In this document: positions 40,550 through 49,492 of the stretch, in pieces
Position numbering within the stretch: the stretch's first letter is position 1
How the letters are laid out: each line of letters starts with the position of its first letter
Assembly (NCBI GenBank): GCA_964490075.1
Contig: CAZBBK010000002.1
Location: 50,105 to 114,104 of the forward strand
DNA: 64,000 nucleotides
Source of the DNA: an uncultured Gemmatimonadota bacterium
GTDB lineage: Bacteria > GCA-2686955
Reading direction: 5' to 3'
Notes under the pieces: generated by a model
What the model was told of the DNA's origin: nothing
Seen by the model: only the letters and a program-made list of their open reading frames with translations
Database searches by the model: none
Made by a program: the position numbers and the translations under genes

Positions 40550-40620
40550 GAGCTGATCATGGAGGCGCTTCCGGGACCCGTCAACTCCCCGCCTTCAACG
40601 CGACGTCGAAGTCGGCGATC

Positions 40621-40650
40621 CAGGGTCCCGGCGACTTTGCCGGGACCCTG
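40621..40650. repeat. perfect 12-bp inverted repeat CAGGGTCCCGGC-gacttt-GCCGGGACCCTG in the divergent mntA/vapB intergenic region
   Basis: read directly from the sequence; candidate operator or RNA hairpin. Confidence 0.6.
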
Positions 40651-40668
40651 GTCGGCGGTCGGCGAACA

Positions 40669-40697
40669 TTGACATCAGCAAAATGATGTCATAGGCT
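40669..40697 (+). promoter_or_regulatory. vapBC promoter candidate with embedded operator palindrome (TTGACA - TGACATCA gcaaaa TGATGTCA - TAGGCT)
   Basis: -35 TTGACA, 17-nt spacer, -10 TAGGCT; perfect 8-bp inverted repeat spans the spacer; about 40 nt upstream of the vapB GTG with a GGAGA RBS. Confidence 0.5.
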
Positions 40698-40739
40698 TCA
40701 GATGGCGCCTTCACTCGGCCTGGGAACGCGGAGACTCCA

Positions 40740-40991
40740 GTGAGACAGCTAACCGTACGCAACGTGCCGGCGGATCTGGCCCGCGCCCTCAAAGCCGAGC
40801 GCAGCGCTCGAGGCATCTCTTTGAATCAGACCGTGATCGAGCTGCTGCGCCGCGCCTTGGGGCTGACGCCTGGCGCAGCCTATGACAACGGCCTGGGCGA
40901 TATGGCCGGCACCTGGAGCGCCGCCGACCTGGCGGAGTTCGAGCGCAACGTGCGGGTGTTCGAGCAGGTGGACGAGGAGCTGTGGCGCTGA
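40740..40991 (+). CDS. vapB: RHH-type antitoxin (VapB/FitA-like)
   Basis: MRQLTVRNVPADLARALK N-terminus typical of RHH/FitA antitoxins; GTG start; 10-nt overlap with vapC. Confidence 0.7.
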   Translation: MRQLTVRNVPADLARALKAERSARGISLNQTVIELLRRALGLTPGAAYDNGLGDMAGTWSAADLAEFERNVRVFEQVDEELWR

Positions 40992-41389
40992 CACGCATCT
41001 GTCTCGACACCTCGGCCTACAGCCACTACAAGAGGGGCGACGCTCGGGCCGTCGAGGTGCTGAGCCGAGCGACCCGTGTCGGGATCCCCGCCGTGGTGCT
41101 GGGCGAGCTCAGAGCGGGATTCCGTCGCGGTGGCCGAGCCGAGCGCAACGAGCGCGAGCTGCTGGAGTTCTTGCGCCATCCGCTCGTGGAGATGCTGCCG
41201 ATCGATGATGAGGTAGCTTCGATCTACGCGGATATCGTCATCGACCTCCGGCGCGGGGGCACCCCGATCCCCACCAACGACGTGTGGATCGCGGCGCTCG
41301 CGGCTCGCGACGGATCGGTCGTCGTGACCTACGACGCGCACTTCGAGCAGATCGCGAGGATCGGGACGAAGGTGCTTTCGACCGAGTAG
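40982..41389 (+). CDS. vapC: PIN-domain ribonuclease toxin VapC
   Basis: ICLDTSAY (conserved Asp), further acidic residues (D94, D115 regions); 135 aa. Confidence 0.75.
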   Translation: MALTRICLDTSAYSHYKRGDARAVEVLSRATRVGIPAVVLGELRAGFRRGGRAERNERELLEFLRHPLVEMLPIDDEVASIYADIVIDLRRGGTPIPTNDVWIAALAARDGSVVVTYDAHFEQIARIGTKVLSTE

Positions 41390-41657
41390 GGATGGCGAAC
41401 CAGCTGCTACCGACTGGTCGCCGACGGCGACTGGCTCTGCGGCGCGCCCGGCGCTACACGCGGCGACTTCCTTCACGTCATGCGGATCGACTCCGGCGGC
41501 TGCGTGCGAGAGGTCGGCCGGCACGACGTTTTCGGGCGTCCCCTTTGCTTCACGGCGAGATCCGGGCGCCTGGTGCTCGGCGGCTTCTTCGGCTTCGGCT
41601 GGTTCGTCGACGACACCCGCCCCACCTCCCTGGAGCCTTGGCCGGTCGAGGACTGAG

Positions 41658-42398
41658 CTACCAGCAGAGGGTCTCACCCTGCTCGGCCCAGCCAACCCGC
41701 CCTTCCTTGCCGTGGCAGGGCCGGCGGTCCGCGCAGCGGTGGGTGAGAAGCACCCGCCTCGCTCCGGCCGCCAGCGCCGCCTCCGCCCCCGCCTCGGGCT
41801 CCACGTGCAGGGCATCGATGACCGCCAGGTCGACGCCCGCGGCGTCGCGCCGCACCTCGGCCGCGTCGGCCAGATCGCCGGAAACGTAAAGATGATGCTC
41901 TTGGTGCGAGAACAGAAACGAGTAGCTGCGCGTGAGCGCCGGTGCGTCTCCCGCCGGCAGATGGGCGTTCGGAAGCGCCCGCAGCCGCAATCCACCCGGC
42001 AAGTCGTGCGGTCGCCCGGTCTCCAGGGGGCGGGCGCCGACCACGCCTTCGATCCGCCGCCGGTCCATTCCGAAGAAGCGCAGCATGGCGTGGAGCTCGG
42101 GCAGCGCCTCGTCAGGCACCAGCAAAGGCACGGCCGCCCGCTTGCCCTCGCCGGCCAGCCGCAGTCTCTGCACCAGGCCCGGCAGCCCTCCCGCGTGGTC
42201 GGCGTGCAGGTGGCTGACCACGATCGCCCCCAACTCGAAATCGCCGTGCCCCGCTTCAGCCAGCGCCCGGGAGACTCCGTCGCCGGCGTCGACCAGGATC
42301 GGCGCGGCCCCCACCACCCGCACCAGCAACGAGGCGTGGGGGCGGCCGGTGGGGCTCAGCGCGCAGCCGCTGCCGAGCACCGTGATCGAGCGCGTCAT
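41658..42398 (-). CDS. MBL-fold metallo-hydrolase
   Basis: HxHxDH motif (SHLHADHAGG); last gene of the minus-strand glycan operon. Confidence 0.7.
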   Translation of the reverse strand: MTRSITVLGSGCALSPTGRPHASLLVRVVGAAPILVDAGDGVSRALAEAGHGDFELGAIVVSHLHADHAGGLPGLVQRLRLAGEGKRAAVPLLVPDEALPELHAMLRFFGMDRRRIEGVVGARPLETGRPHDLPGGLRLRALPNAHLPAGDAPALTRSYSFLFSHQEHHLYVSGDLADAAEVRRDAAGVDLAVIDALHVEPEAGAEAALAAGARRVLLTHRCADRRPCHGKEGRVGWAEQGETLCW

Positions 42399-43657
42399 CG
42401 ATGCCCCACCGCGGACGCGTCGCGGCGCTCCCGCAGGGTGTCGACCAGGAGCTGCTCGATCTCGTCGACCATCTGCTCCTCGCGGAAGCTGGTCCGAATC
42501 AACGTCCGCGCCGCCCTGCCCAGGCGCTCCCGCAGCGCGGGATCGTCGGCCAGGCGAAGCAGCGCCCGTGCGCAGCCCCGCGCGTCCTCGGCCTCGAAGA
42601 CCAGGGCGTTCTCGCCATCCTCCAGGATCTCCGCCGAACCGCCCCGGGTGGTGCCGGCCACCGCGATGCCGGTCGACATCGCCTCCATCAGGACCACCGA
42701 GAAAGGCTCGGCCCAGATCGAGGGCAGCACCAGCACGTCGCGGGTGAGCAAGAGCTCCGCCACCTCGGCGCGCCCCACCCGGGGGCGGATGCGCACCACC
42801 CGCTCCAGGTCGGCACTTCGAATCGTCTCGCGAAGTCCTTCCAAATACTCGGGCTGAGAGGGTCCCACGATCTCCAACTCGATGTCGCCGCGGCGCGGCT
42901 CCGCGTCCTTGCCGGCGATCCGGACCAGGGCTTCGACGGCGGTGTGCACCCCTTTGTGCGGCAGCACCTGGCCCAGATAGAGAACCCGCAGCCGGCCATC
43001 CGTGCTGCGCCGCGGCTCGCCCTCGAAGGAGGCGATCGGCACCCGGTTGTAGATCACCCGTGGCTGGCGCAAGCGCACCCCCGCCGCCCGGTGCTGCTCC
43101 AGCAAGGCGCGGCTGACGAAGCTCGCGTGGGCGATCTCGATGTCACCCCCGGCACAGGTCGGGATCCGCGCCAGGAGCGGCCGCAGGGAGCGCTTCGCCC
43201 GGCGTTTCCAGGGGCTCGCGGGCAGCGCGTCGATCCACGAATCGAGCGGCTTGTGCAGCACCCAGTCGTCGGACAGGTAGAAGGCGGTCTTCCAGGGTTT
43301 GCCGGGCGCCTGGGCCGCCTGGATCAGCGAGTGGGTGAGGTTGCCCATGTTCCAGAAGAACACCACCTCGGGCGCGAATTCGGCGGCGGCGGCATGGAAG
43401 ACCCGGAGCGAGCGCCACTCACGGAGGTTCTTGGCGACGAATCCGTGACGCCGCGGATGGTGGAAATCGGGGGTCTCGAGGGTCAGAGCTCGCCACACAT
43501 GCCCCTCGATGGTCGGTCGCTGGACGCCGTGCGTGGAGGTCAGCACACGCAGCTCGTGACCCCGCTCCAGCAGCCCCTTCACGGCACCGATACAGAGCTC
43601 CTCGTAGCCCCCGAGCGCCAGCGGCGGGTAGACGTTGGAGACCACCAGGACCCTCAT
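42395..43657 (-). CDS. glycosyltransferase family 4 (group 1)
   Basis: start MRVLVVSNVYPP; C-terminal GT4 EX7E region (...VLPSIWAEPFSVVLMEAMSTGIAV); 4-nt overlap with the downstream gene. Confidence 0.75.
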   Translation of the reverse strand: MRVLVVSNVYPPLALGGYEELCIGAVKGLLERGHELRVLTSTHGVQRPTIEGHVWRALTLETPDFHHPRRHGFVAKNLREWRSLRVFHAAAAEFAPEVVFFWNMGNLTHSLIQAAQAPGKPWKTAFYLSDDWVLHKPLDSWIDALPASPWKRRAKRSLRPLLARIPTCAGGDIEIAHASFVSRALLEQHRAAGVRLRQPRVIYNRVPIASFEGEPRRSTDGRLRVLYLGQVLPHKGVHTAVEALVRIAGKDAEPRRGDIELEIVGPSQPEYLEGLRETIRSADLERVVRIRPRVGRAEVAELLLTRDVLVLPSIWAEPFSVVLMEAMSTGIAVAGTTRGGSAEILEDGENALVFEAEDARGCARALLRLADDPALRERLGRAARTLIRTSFREEQMVDEIEQLLVDTLRERRDASAVGHR

Positions 43658-45228
43658 TGCGAGGGCACCCAGCGGCGCACCCACGGCACCCGCGCGGCCA
43701 GGCGCAGATCGTCGGCGTCGATGTAGCGGGCGACCAGCACGCCGCCCAGGAATACCACGGCGATCACCGTCCCTCCGACACCGAGCTTCAGCGCGTGCTC
43801 GATCCGGGTGCTGGCGATGGCGGCACCCGGCATCAGCATCAGCGCCCCCGCGGCGGCCACGCCGGCCGCGACCGCGATGGCCACCGGCTTGGCCAGCACG
43901 TCGACCCAGTAGTCGCGGACCGAGATGTCGAGATAGGCGGTCGATTTCGCCACCAGGATCATGTTGGCGGCGATCAGCGACAGGATCGTACCGACCGCGA
44001 TCCCCCCCGGATAGCCCCCTTCCGGTCCGCCGAGCAGGTAGAAGAAGCCGATCGAGCAGGGCAGATTCAGCACCATCCCCACGATCGCCGCCAGCATCTG
44101 CCACTCGGGCCGCCCGAGCCCGGCGCCGAACACCGTGCAGGGGTAGGAGAAGACGTTGGAGAGGTAGCCGACGGTCAGGATCAAGAGGATCGGAACCGCC
44201 GCCCCGAAGCCTTCGCCCATGTAGGCGCCCACCAGGTTCGGTGCACACACGAAGAGCAGCGCGGCGATCGGCATCACCGCCAGCGCCAGGTATTTCACGG
44301 CGCGCAGGTAGAGCCGGCGCAGGTAAGGCCGCTCACCGAGCGCCTCCAGCTCCGACACCGCGGGGAAGATCGCGCTGGTCATCACGCCGGGCAGCGAGCG
44401 CAGGATTCCCGTGACCCGGGTCGCCAGGTCGTAGTAGGTGACGTACTCCAGCGAGAGCAGCCAGGCGACCAGCAGCTTGTCGGTCTGGAAGATCACCAGC
44501 ACCGCCAGCTTCTCGACCTGGAGCTTGAGGCCGAAGCCGAAGAAGAGGCGCAGGGTGCCGAGATCGGCGCGCCAGGGCCGGAAACGCAGCCAGGGAGCGA
44601 TGCGATAGGTCATGACCATGCGCGCCGCCAGAGTGAGCACGAAGACCGCGGCGTTGTTCAGCACCAGCCCGCGCAACCCGTAGCCGCTCTCGATCACCCA
44701 GACCGTGCCGCCCAGCGACACCAGCTGCATCGCGATGGCGATCTTGTTCCAGACATCGAGCCGCTGCAGACCCTGCTGGATCGCTCCGAAGGCCGCGGTA
44801 GCGTTCGCCGAGAGCAGAATGGCGAAGGTGACGCGGATCATGAAGCGGGCGTCGGCGTAGAGCTCCGGCTGCGGCACGAAGACCCCGATCAGGGGATCGA
44901 TCACCAGGCCCACCAGGGGCCAGAGCGCGAGCGCCAGGAGCGCGAAGAAGGCGAAGGAGGTATTGAGGACCGAGGAGATCCGGTCGAGCTGGCCCTTGGC
45001 CTCGAACTCGCTGACGTACTTCACATAGGCCGATCCGAACCCGAGGTCGACCAGTCCGAAGTAGCCGCTCAGGGCGCCCACCACCGCCCAGACTCCGAAG
45101 GCCTCGGTCCCCAGGCGCGCCACCAAGTAGGGGAAGAGGATCAGGTTGCCGAGCGCCGCCGCCACCCTTCCGGCGGTGTTGAAGGCGGTGTTGCGCAGGA
45201 TCTTCGCCGCCGTCGAGCTGCGCTTCAT
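43654..45228 (-). CDS. Wzx-like polysaccharide flippase (MOP superfamily)
   Basis: MKRSSTAAKILRNTAFNTAGRV N-terminus; about 12 predicted TM helices; 524 aa. Confidence 0.7.
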   Translation of the reverse strand: MKRSSTAAKILRNTAFNTAGRVAAALGNLILFPYLVARLGTEAFGVWAVVGALSGYFGLVDLGFGSAYVKYVSEFEAKGQLDRISSVLNTSFAFFALLALALWPLVGLVIDPLIGVFVPQPELYADARFMIRVTFAILLSANATAAFGAIQQGLQRLDVWNKIAIAMQLVSLGGTVWVIESGYGLRGLVLNNAAVFVLTLAARMVMTYRIAPWLRFRPWRADLGTLRLFFGFGLKLQVEKLAVLVIFQTDKLLVAWLLSLEYVTYYDLATRVTGILRSLPGVMTSAIFPAVSELEALGERPYLRRLYLRAVKYLALAVMPIAALLFVCAPNLVGAYMGEGFGAAVPILLILTVGYLSNVFSYPCTVFGAGLGRPEWQMLAAIVGMVLNLPCSIGFFYLLGGPEGGYPGGIAVGTILSLIAANMILVAKSTAYLDISVRDYWVDVLAKPVAIAVAAGVAAAGALMLMPGAAIASTRIEHALKLGVGGTVIAVVFLGGVLVARYIDADDLRLAARVPWVRRWVPSQ

Positions 45229-46418
45229 CCGCGCTCGGCCTCGGCGCCCGCCGATCCGGCCCCCACCTTGGGCGGCTCGGAAGGCTTCGAGTGCACCTGC
45301 CTGGAGCTGCCGAGGCGCATGATCACCGCCACCAGAGCCATCAGGCAGAGCGCCTGGAGTGCGACGATCACCCCTTCCAGGGTGGTGACGTTGCGCAGAA
45401 TGGTGGCGTTGATCCCGAGGCAGAAGGTGAGCAGGTAGACCATCTGCACCGCCTGCGCCTGGCTCGCGCCGAGGTCGACCAGGCGGTGCGAGAGGTGGCA
45501 TTTGTCGCCCCGGTAGATCGGTCGTCCCTCCCGGATCCGGATCCAGACCACGCTGGCCGTGTCGAAGAGCGGCAAGCTGAGGATGATCAGCGGCATCAGC
45601 ACGCCCAGGATCGAGCTCTCGCCGAAGGTGACATAGCTCTGCAAGAGCGCCAAAGCCCCCAGGATGTAGCCGATGAAGAGCGATCCGGCGTCGCCCAGGA
45701 AGATGGTCGAGGGGTAGATGTTGTGGCGCAGGAAGCCGAGCAGCGAGCCGGAGAAGGCGCACAGGATCAAGGCAACGAAGAACTGGCCCGACTGAATCGC
45801 CACGAAAGCGAGAATGGAGCTGGCGATCAGCGCCACGCCGGAGACCAGTCCATCCATGTTGTCGAGGAGGTTGAAGGCGTTGGTGAAACCGACCAACCAG
45901 AGCAGGGTTAGCACGCTGTTGTGCAGATCGTAGGGCAGCGCATCGGGCCACAGGCTGGTGCGCACTCCCGCCGACATCAGCACCAGCGCCCCGAAGACCT
46001 GACCGGCCAGCTTCAAGAGCACCGGGAAACGCTCGCCGAAGAAATCGTCGAGCAGGCCTGTGACGAAGATCACCGAGGCGCCGATGGTGAGGCCGAAGAG
46101 CTGGCTCCTGACCGCACCGATGCCGGTCGCCAGGTCGAAGATATCGGTCAGTCGCGATTCCAGGAGCGGCGAGTGCTTGGCGTAGCGGAAGGCCAGGAAG
46201 TTCAGCGCGATGGTCGCCAGGAAGGCGACGTAGACCGCGAAGCCGCCCAGCAGCGGCTTGGCGCATGCGTGCACCTTGCGCTCCCCCGGGTGGTCGACGA
46301 TTCCCCAGCGCAGCGCGATCCACTTGGCGCAGGGCACCAGCATGAGCGCGATGAAGGCGCCGCAGCTCAGCACCCACCAGGACGCGACCACGCGTTGGGC
46401 TTCGGGCGCCAGATTCAT
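45225..46418 (-). CDS. WecA/MraY-family polyprenyl-phosphate hexose-1-phosphate transferase (initiating transferase)
   Basis: NAFNLLDNMDGL motif; multi-TM; 397 aa. Confidence 0.75.
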   Translation of the reverse strand: MNLAPEAQRVVASWWVLSCGAFIALMLVPCAKWIALRWGIVDHPGERKVHACAKPLLGGFAVYVAFLATIALNFLAFRYAKHSPLLESRLTDIFDLATGIGAVRSQLFGLTIGASVIFVTGLLDDFFGERFPVLLKLAGQVFGALVLMSAGVRTSLWPDALPYDLHNSVLTLLWLVGFTNAFNLLDNMDGLVSGVALIASSILAFVAIQSGQFFVALILCAFSGSLLGFLRHNIYPSTIFLGDAGSLFIGYILGALALLQSYVTFGESSILGVLMPLIILSLPLFDTASVVWIRIREGRPIYRGDKCHLSHRLVDLGASQAQAVQMVYLLTFCLGINATILRNVTTLEGVIVALQALCLMALVAVIMRLGSSRQVHSKPSEPPKVGAGSAGAEAERG

Positions 46419-47572
46419 GCCCCTCGGGCCTCCGCCAGCAGCTCGCGGTAGAAGTGGTCGTAGCGCGCCACCACCGTGTCGAGCTCGTAGCTCATGAATA
46501 TCCTCTCACGGCCCGCCGCACCGAATCTCCGGCGCCGGAGCGGATCGCGCCGCAAGCTCTCGATGGCCCCGGCCAGAGCGCCGGGGTCTCCGGGTGGGAC
46601 CAGAACTCCGCTTTGGTCGTCGGCGACCAGATCCGGCACGCCTCCGACCGCGGCGGCGACCACCGGGATCCCGGCCGCCATCGCCTCCATGATCGCCACC
46701 GGCGATCCTTCGTTGCGGCTGCAGAGCACGAGCAGATCGAGGTCAGCATAGATCGTCTGCAGATCGTCGCGAAACCCGAGAAATCGAAGGCGTTCCGGGC
46801 CGAGTCCAAGGCCCCGGGCCAGTTCCTCCATCGCGGCTCGCAGCTCGCCGTCTCCGACGATCAAGAAGCACGCCTCGGCATCCTGCTCGGCGACCCTGGC
46901 GGCGGCACGAATGAAGTCGCCCACATTCTTGATCGGCACCAGACGCGCCACCAGGCCAACCAGAAAGCGGCCTTCCAGGCCCAGCTCGCGCCGCAGTCGG
47001 CCGCGAAACTCCTCGAGCTGCCGGTAGGGGGTCAGATCCATCCCCAGGGGCAGGGCGATCACCGATCCGCCGATCCCCAGTCCGACGATCTCGCGGCGCT
47101 GGCTCTCGGTCAGGGTGATGATGCGGCTGGTGATGCGCGCCAGGGCGCGCTCGATCGCCAGGAAGAGCCTGCTCTTACGGGCCGAGAAGTAGCCGGCCAG
47201 CACGTGGCCGTGGAAGGTGTGGACCACGATCTTCACGCCGGCCAGGCGGGCCGCGATGCGCCCCAGGGTCCCCGCTTTGGCGGTGTGGGTGTGGACGATG
47301 TCCGGGCGCAGGCGGCGCAGCAGCCGCACCAGCCGCCACAGCGTTCGTGCATCGCCCAGCGGCGAGATCTCGCGCCCCAGCTCCGGCAGCTCGATCGGCT
47401 CGACCCCCCAGTCGGCCGCCATCTCCAGCATGTCCCCCTCGCTCGCCGACTCCTTGCCCTTGATCACCGTGACCTGGTGTCCGCGGCGCGCCAGGTGGTG
47501 GGACATCTGGATCACATGGATCGCGGGTCCTCCCACGTTCAGACGCGCGATCACATGAACGATTCTGGCCAC
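46415..47572 (-). CDS. glycosyltransferase family 4
   Basis: MARIVHVIARLNVGGP N-terminus; C-terminal GT4 motif; 385 aa. Confidence 0.75.
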   Translation of the reverse strand: MARIVHVIARLNVGGPAIHVIQMSHHLARRGHQVTVIKGKESASEGDMLEMAADWGVEPIELPELGREISPLGDARTLWRLVRLLRRLRPDIVHTHTAKAGTLGRIAARLAGVKIVVHTFHGHVLAGYFSARKSRLFLAIERALARITSRIITLTESQRREIVGLGIGGSVIALPLGMDLTPYRQLEEFRGRLRRELGLEGRFLVGLVARLVPIKNVGDFIRAAARVAEQDAEACFLIVGDGELRAAMEELARGLGLGPERLRFLGFRDDLQTIYADLDLLVLCSRNEGSPVAIMEAMAAGIPVVAAAVGGVPDLVADDQSGVLVPPGDPGALAGAIESLRRDPLRRRRFGAAGRERIFMSYELDTVVARYDHFYRELLAEARGA

Positions 47573-47585
47573 GGCCGGGTACCGC

Positions 47586-48284
47586 TCAAGGCCGCGCCGC
47601 GAAGCGCAGGATGTGATAGACGGCGGCGATCCCGTCGCGCCAGGTGATCTTCTTGCCCTCGACGTAATCGCGGCCGTAGTAGGAGATCGGCACCTCGTAG
47701 ATCCGGCAGCGCAGGCGGGCGATGCGGGCGGTGATCTCGGGCTCGACGCCGAAGCGGTCCGACTCGATCCGAATCCGCTGCAGCACGTCGCTGCGAAACA
47801 CCTTGTAGCAGGTCTCCATGTCGGTGAGGTTCAGATTGGTGGTCATATTCGAGAGCAGGGTCAGCGCCCGATTGGCCACGTAGTGCCAGAACAGGTGGAC
47901 GCGATGCGGGCCGCCGAGGAAGCGCGAGCCGTAGACCGCGTCGGCCTGCCCCTCGAGGATCGGCTGCAGCAGCTTCGGGTAGTCGCGGGGGTCGTACTCG
48001 AGGTCGGCGTCCTGGACGATCACCACCTGCCCGCGCGCCTGGGCGAAGCCGGTGCGCAGCGCGGCCCCCTTGCCGCGGTTGACGCCGTGGCGCAGCACCC
48101 GGTGCCCGGCCGCCTCGAGCTGGTTCAGAATCGCATCGGTGCCGTCGCTGGAGCCGTCGTCGACCAGGATCAGCTCGCGCTCCAGCGGCTCGGGGAGGGG
48201 GGCACGCAGCACGCTCTCGACCAGAGGCTGGAGGGTGCGCACCTCGTTGTAGACCGGGATGACGATCGATACCAGCTTGATCAA
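47586..48284 (-). CDS. GT2 polyprenyl-phosphate sugar synthase (DPM1/GtrB/ArnC-like, soluble form)
   Basis: SIVIPVYNE...VDDGSSDGT...QDADLEYDP (DxD); 232 aa; TTG start with GAGGGAG RBS proposed; 4-nt overlap with the upstream gene. Confidence 0.65.
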   Translation of the reverse strand: MIKLVSIVIPVYNEVRTLQPLVESVLRAPLPEPLERELILVDDGSSDGTDAILNQLEAAGHRVLRHGVNRGKGAALRTGFAQARGQVVIVQDADLEYDPRDYPKLLQPILEGQADAVYGSRFLGGPHRVHLFWHYVANRALTLLSNMTTNLNLTDMETCYKVFRSDVLQRIRIESDRFGVEPEITARIARLRCRIYEVPISYYGRDYVEGKKITWRDGIAAVYHILRFAARP

Positions 48285-49492
48285 ACTCTTGCTCCCTCTC
48301 GTTCGTTGGGGCCCGCGCCCACGCCGGCGGCTCCCTGCCCGCGGGAGGCCACGCGCACGTAGGTGGAATAGAAGAGGCGGCGATGCCAGCCGAGATCGCG
48401 GATGCGCATGCCGGGGGGCAGGTCGCGGCTGGCATGCGCATGGTAGTAGATGTTGTGGCTGGAACCCTGCCGCCTCTGGAAGTCGGCGTGGTCGCGGTTC
48501 ACGGAGTAGTAGAGCGGCGCCAGCGAGACGCCGATCCGACTGCCCTTCAGCACCCGCTCCATCAGCTCCGGCAGCGCCGGCCGGCCCTTCAGCACCGGCG
48601 ATTCGGCCACCATGTGCAGCTCGCCGTGGGGTGTGAGGAGTGCATCGAGCCCGCTCAGGATGCGCTCCACGATCTCCAGCCCCAGCGCGCCCCCATAGCC
48701 GTCCCGATTGCGGGTGCGCTCCGCCTCCGGCATCCACACGTAGGGGGGATTGGCGACCACCAGGTCGTAGCGGCCCGCGCCGGCGGCCAGGTCGGCCACC
48801 CGGAAGGTCGGAGCGGAGGGGGCGCCGCTCAGGCGCGCGTTGAGCTCGGCGAAGGCGATCGCCCGGGGATTGATATCGCTGCCCTCGACGCTGCCCGCCC
48901 ACGGCGCCACGGTCAGCGCCTGAACGCCGCAGCCGCAGCAGAGGTCGAGCGCGCGCTCGAAGCGGCGCCCGCCCAGGTGGCGTCGCAGCAGATCGGAGAA
49001 GAGCGCCGAATCGCGGCCCAGGTAGACGAAGTCGGGAATCGAGCGATCGTTGCGATCGGTCACCAGCAGCGCGCCGGAGAGCGGCACGAAGCGCAAGCGC
49101 GAGCGGATCCCGGCTTCGTCCTCGGCGAGGATCTCCAGCTCCAGCAGGCGCTCGAGGGGGGGGCACTCGGGCAGCTGGGCCAGGCTGCGCGACCAGAGCG
49201 CGCGGGGTGCGGCCTCGTTCAGGAAGAAATGGCCCAGCAGGCGGGCTTGCAGCGGATGGTGCAGCCCGAAAAAGTCGCGGTGCAGCCGCGGCGCCACCGA
49301 ATGCTCCATCAGGCGCCGCCCGCCGCCCCCCAGAGCGGCGCGCAGATTCGACCATTCCAGTGGCCACGCGAAAGGGTTCGCCGCCGTCGGCACGCGCTCG
49401 ATGGCACGGTAGCGGGCCCGGCCCAGGGCACGGTGCAGGGCGCCCACCGCCTCGTTCCAGGCGCCGCTGCCGGGCGGCGCTGCGCTGCTCAC
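48281..49492 (-). CDS. class I SAM-dependent methyltransferase with NPPY motif (HemK/PrmC/RsmC-like amino-methyltransferase fold)
   Basis: [12 protein letters not shown]-binding motif I and LVVANPPY motif IV; GTG start inferred from a 4-nt overlap with the carbamoyltransferase stop. Confidence 0.55.
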   Translation of the reverse strand: MSSAAPPGSGAWNEAVGALHRALGRARYRAIERVPTAANPFAWPLEWSNLRAALGGGGRRLMEHSVAPRLHRDFFGLHHPLQARLLGHFFLNEAAPRALWSRSLAQLPECPPLERLLELEILAEDEAGIRSRLRFVPLSGALLVTDRNDRSIPDFVYLGRDSALFSDLLRRHLGGRRFERALDLCCGCGVQALTVAPWAGSVEGSDINPRAIAFAELNARLSGAPSAPTFRVADLAAGAGRYDLVVANPPYVWMPEAERTRNRDGYGGALGLEIVERILSGLDALLTPHGELHMVAESPVLKGRPALPELMERVLKGSRIGVSLAPLYYSVNRDHADFQRRQGSSHNIYYHAHASRDLPPGMRIRDLGWHRRLFYSTYVRVASRGQGAAGVGAGPNEREGARV

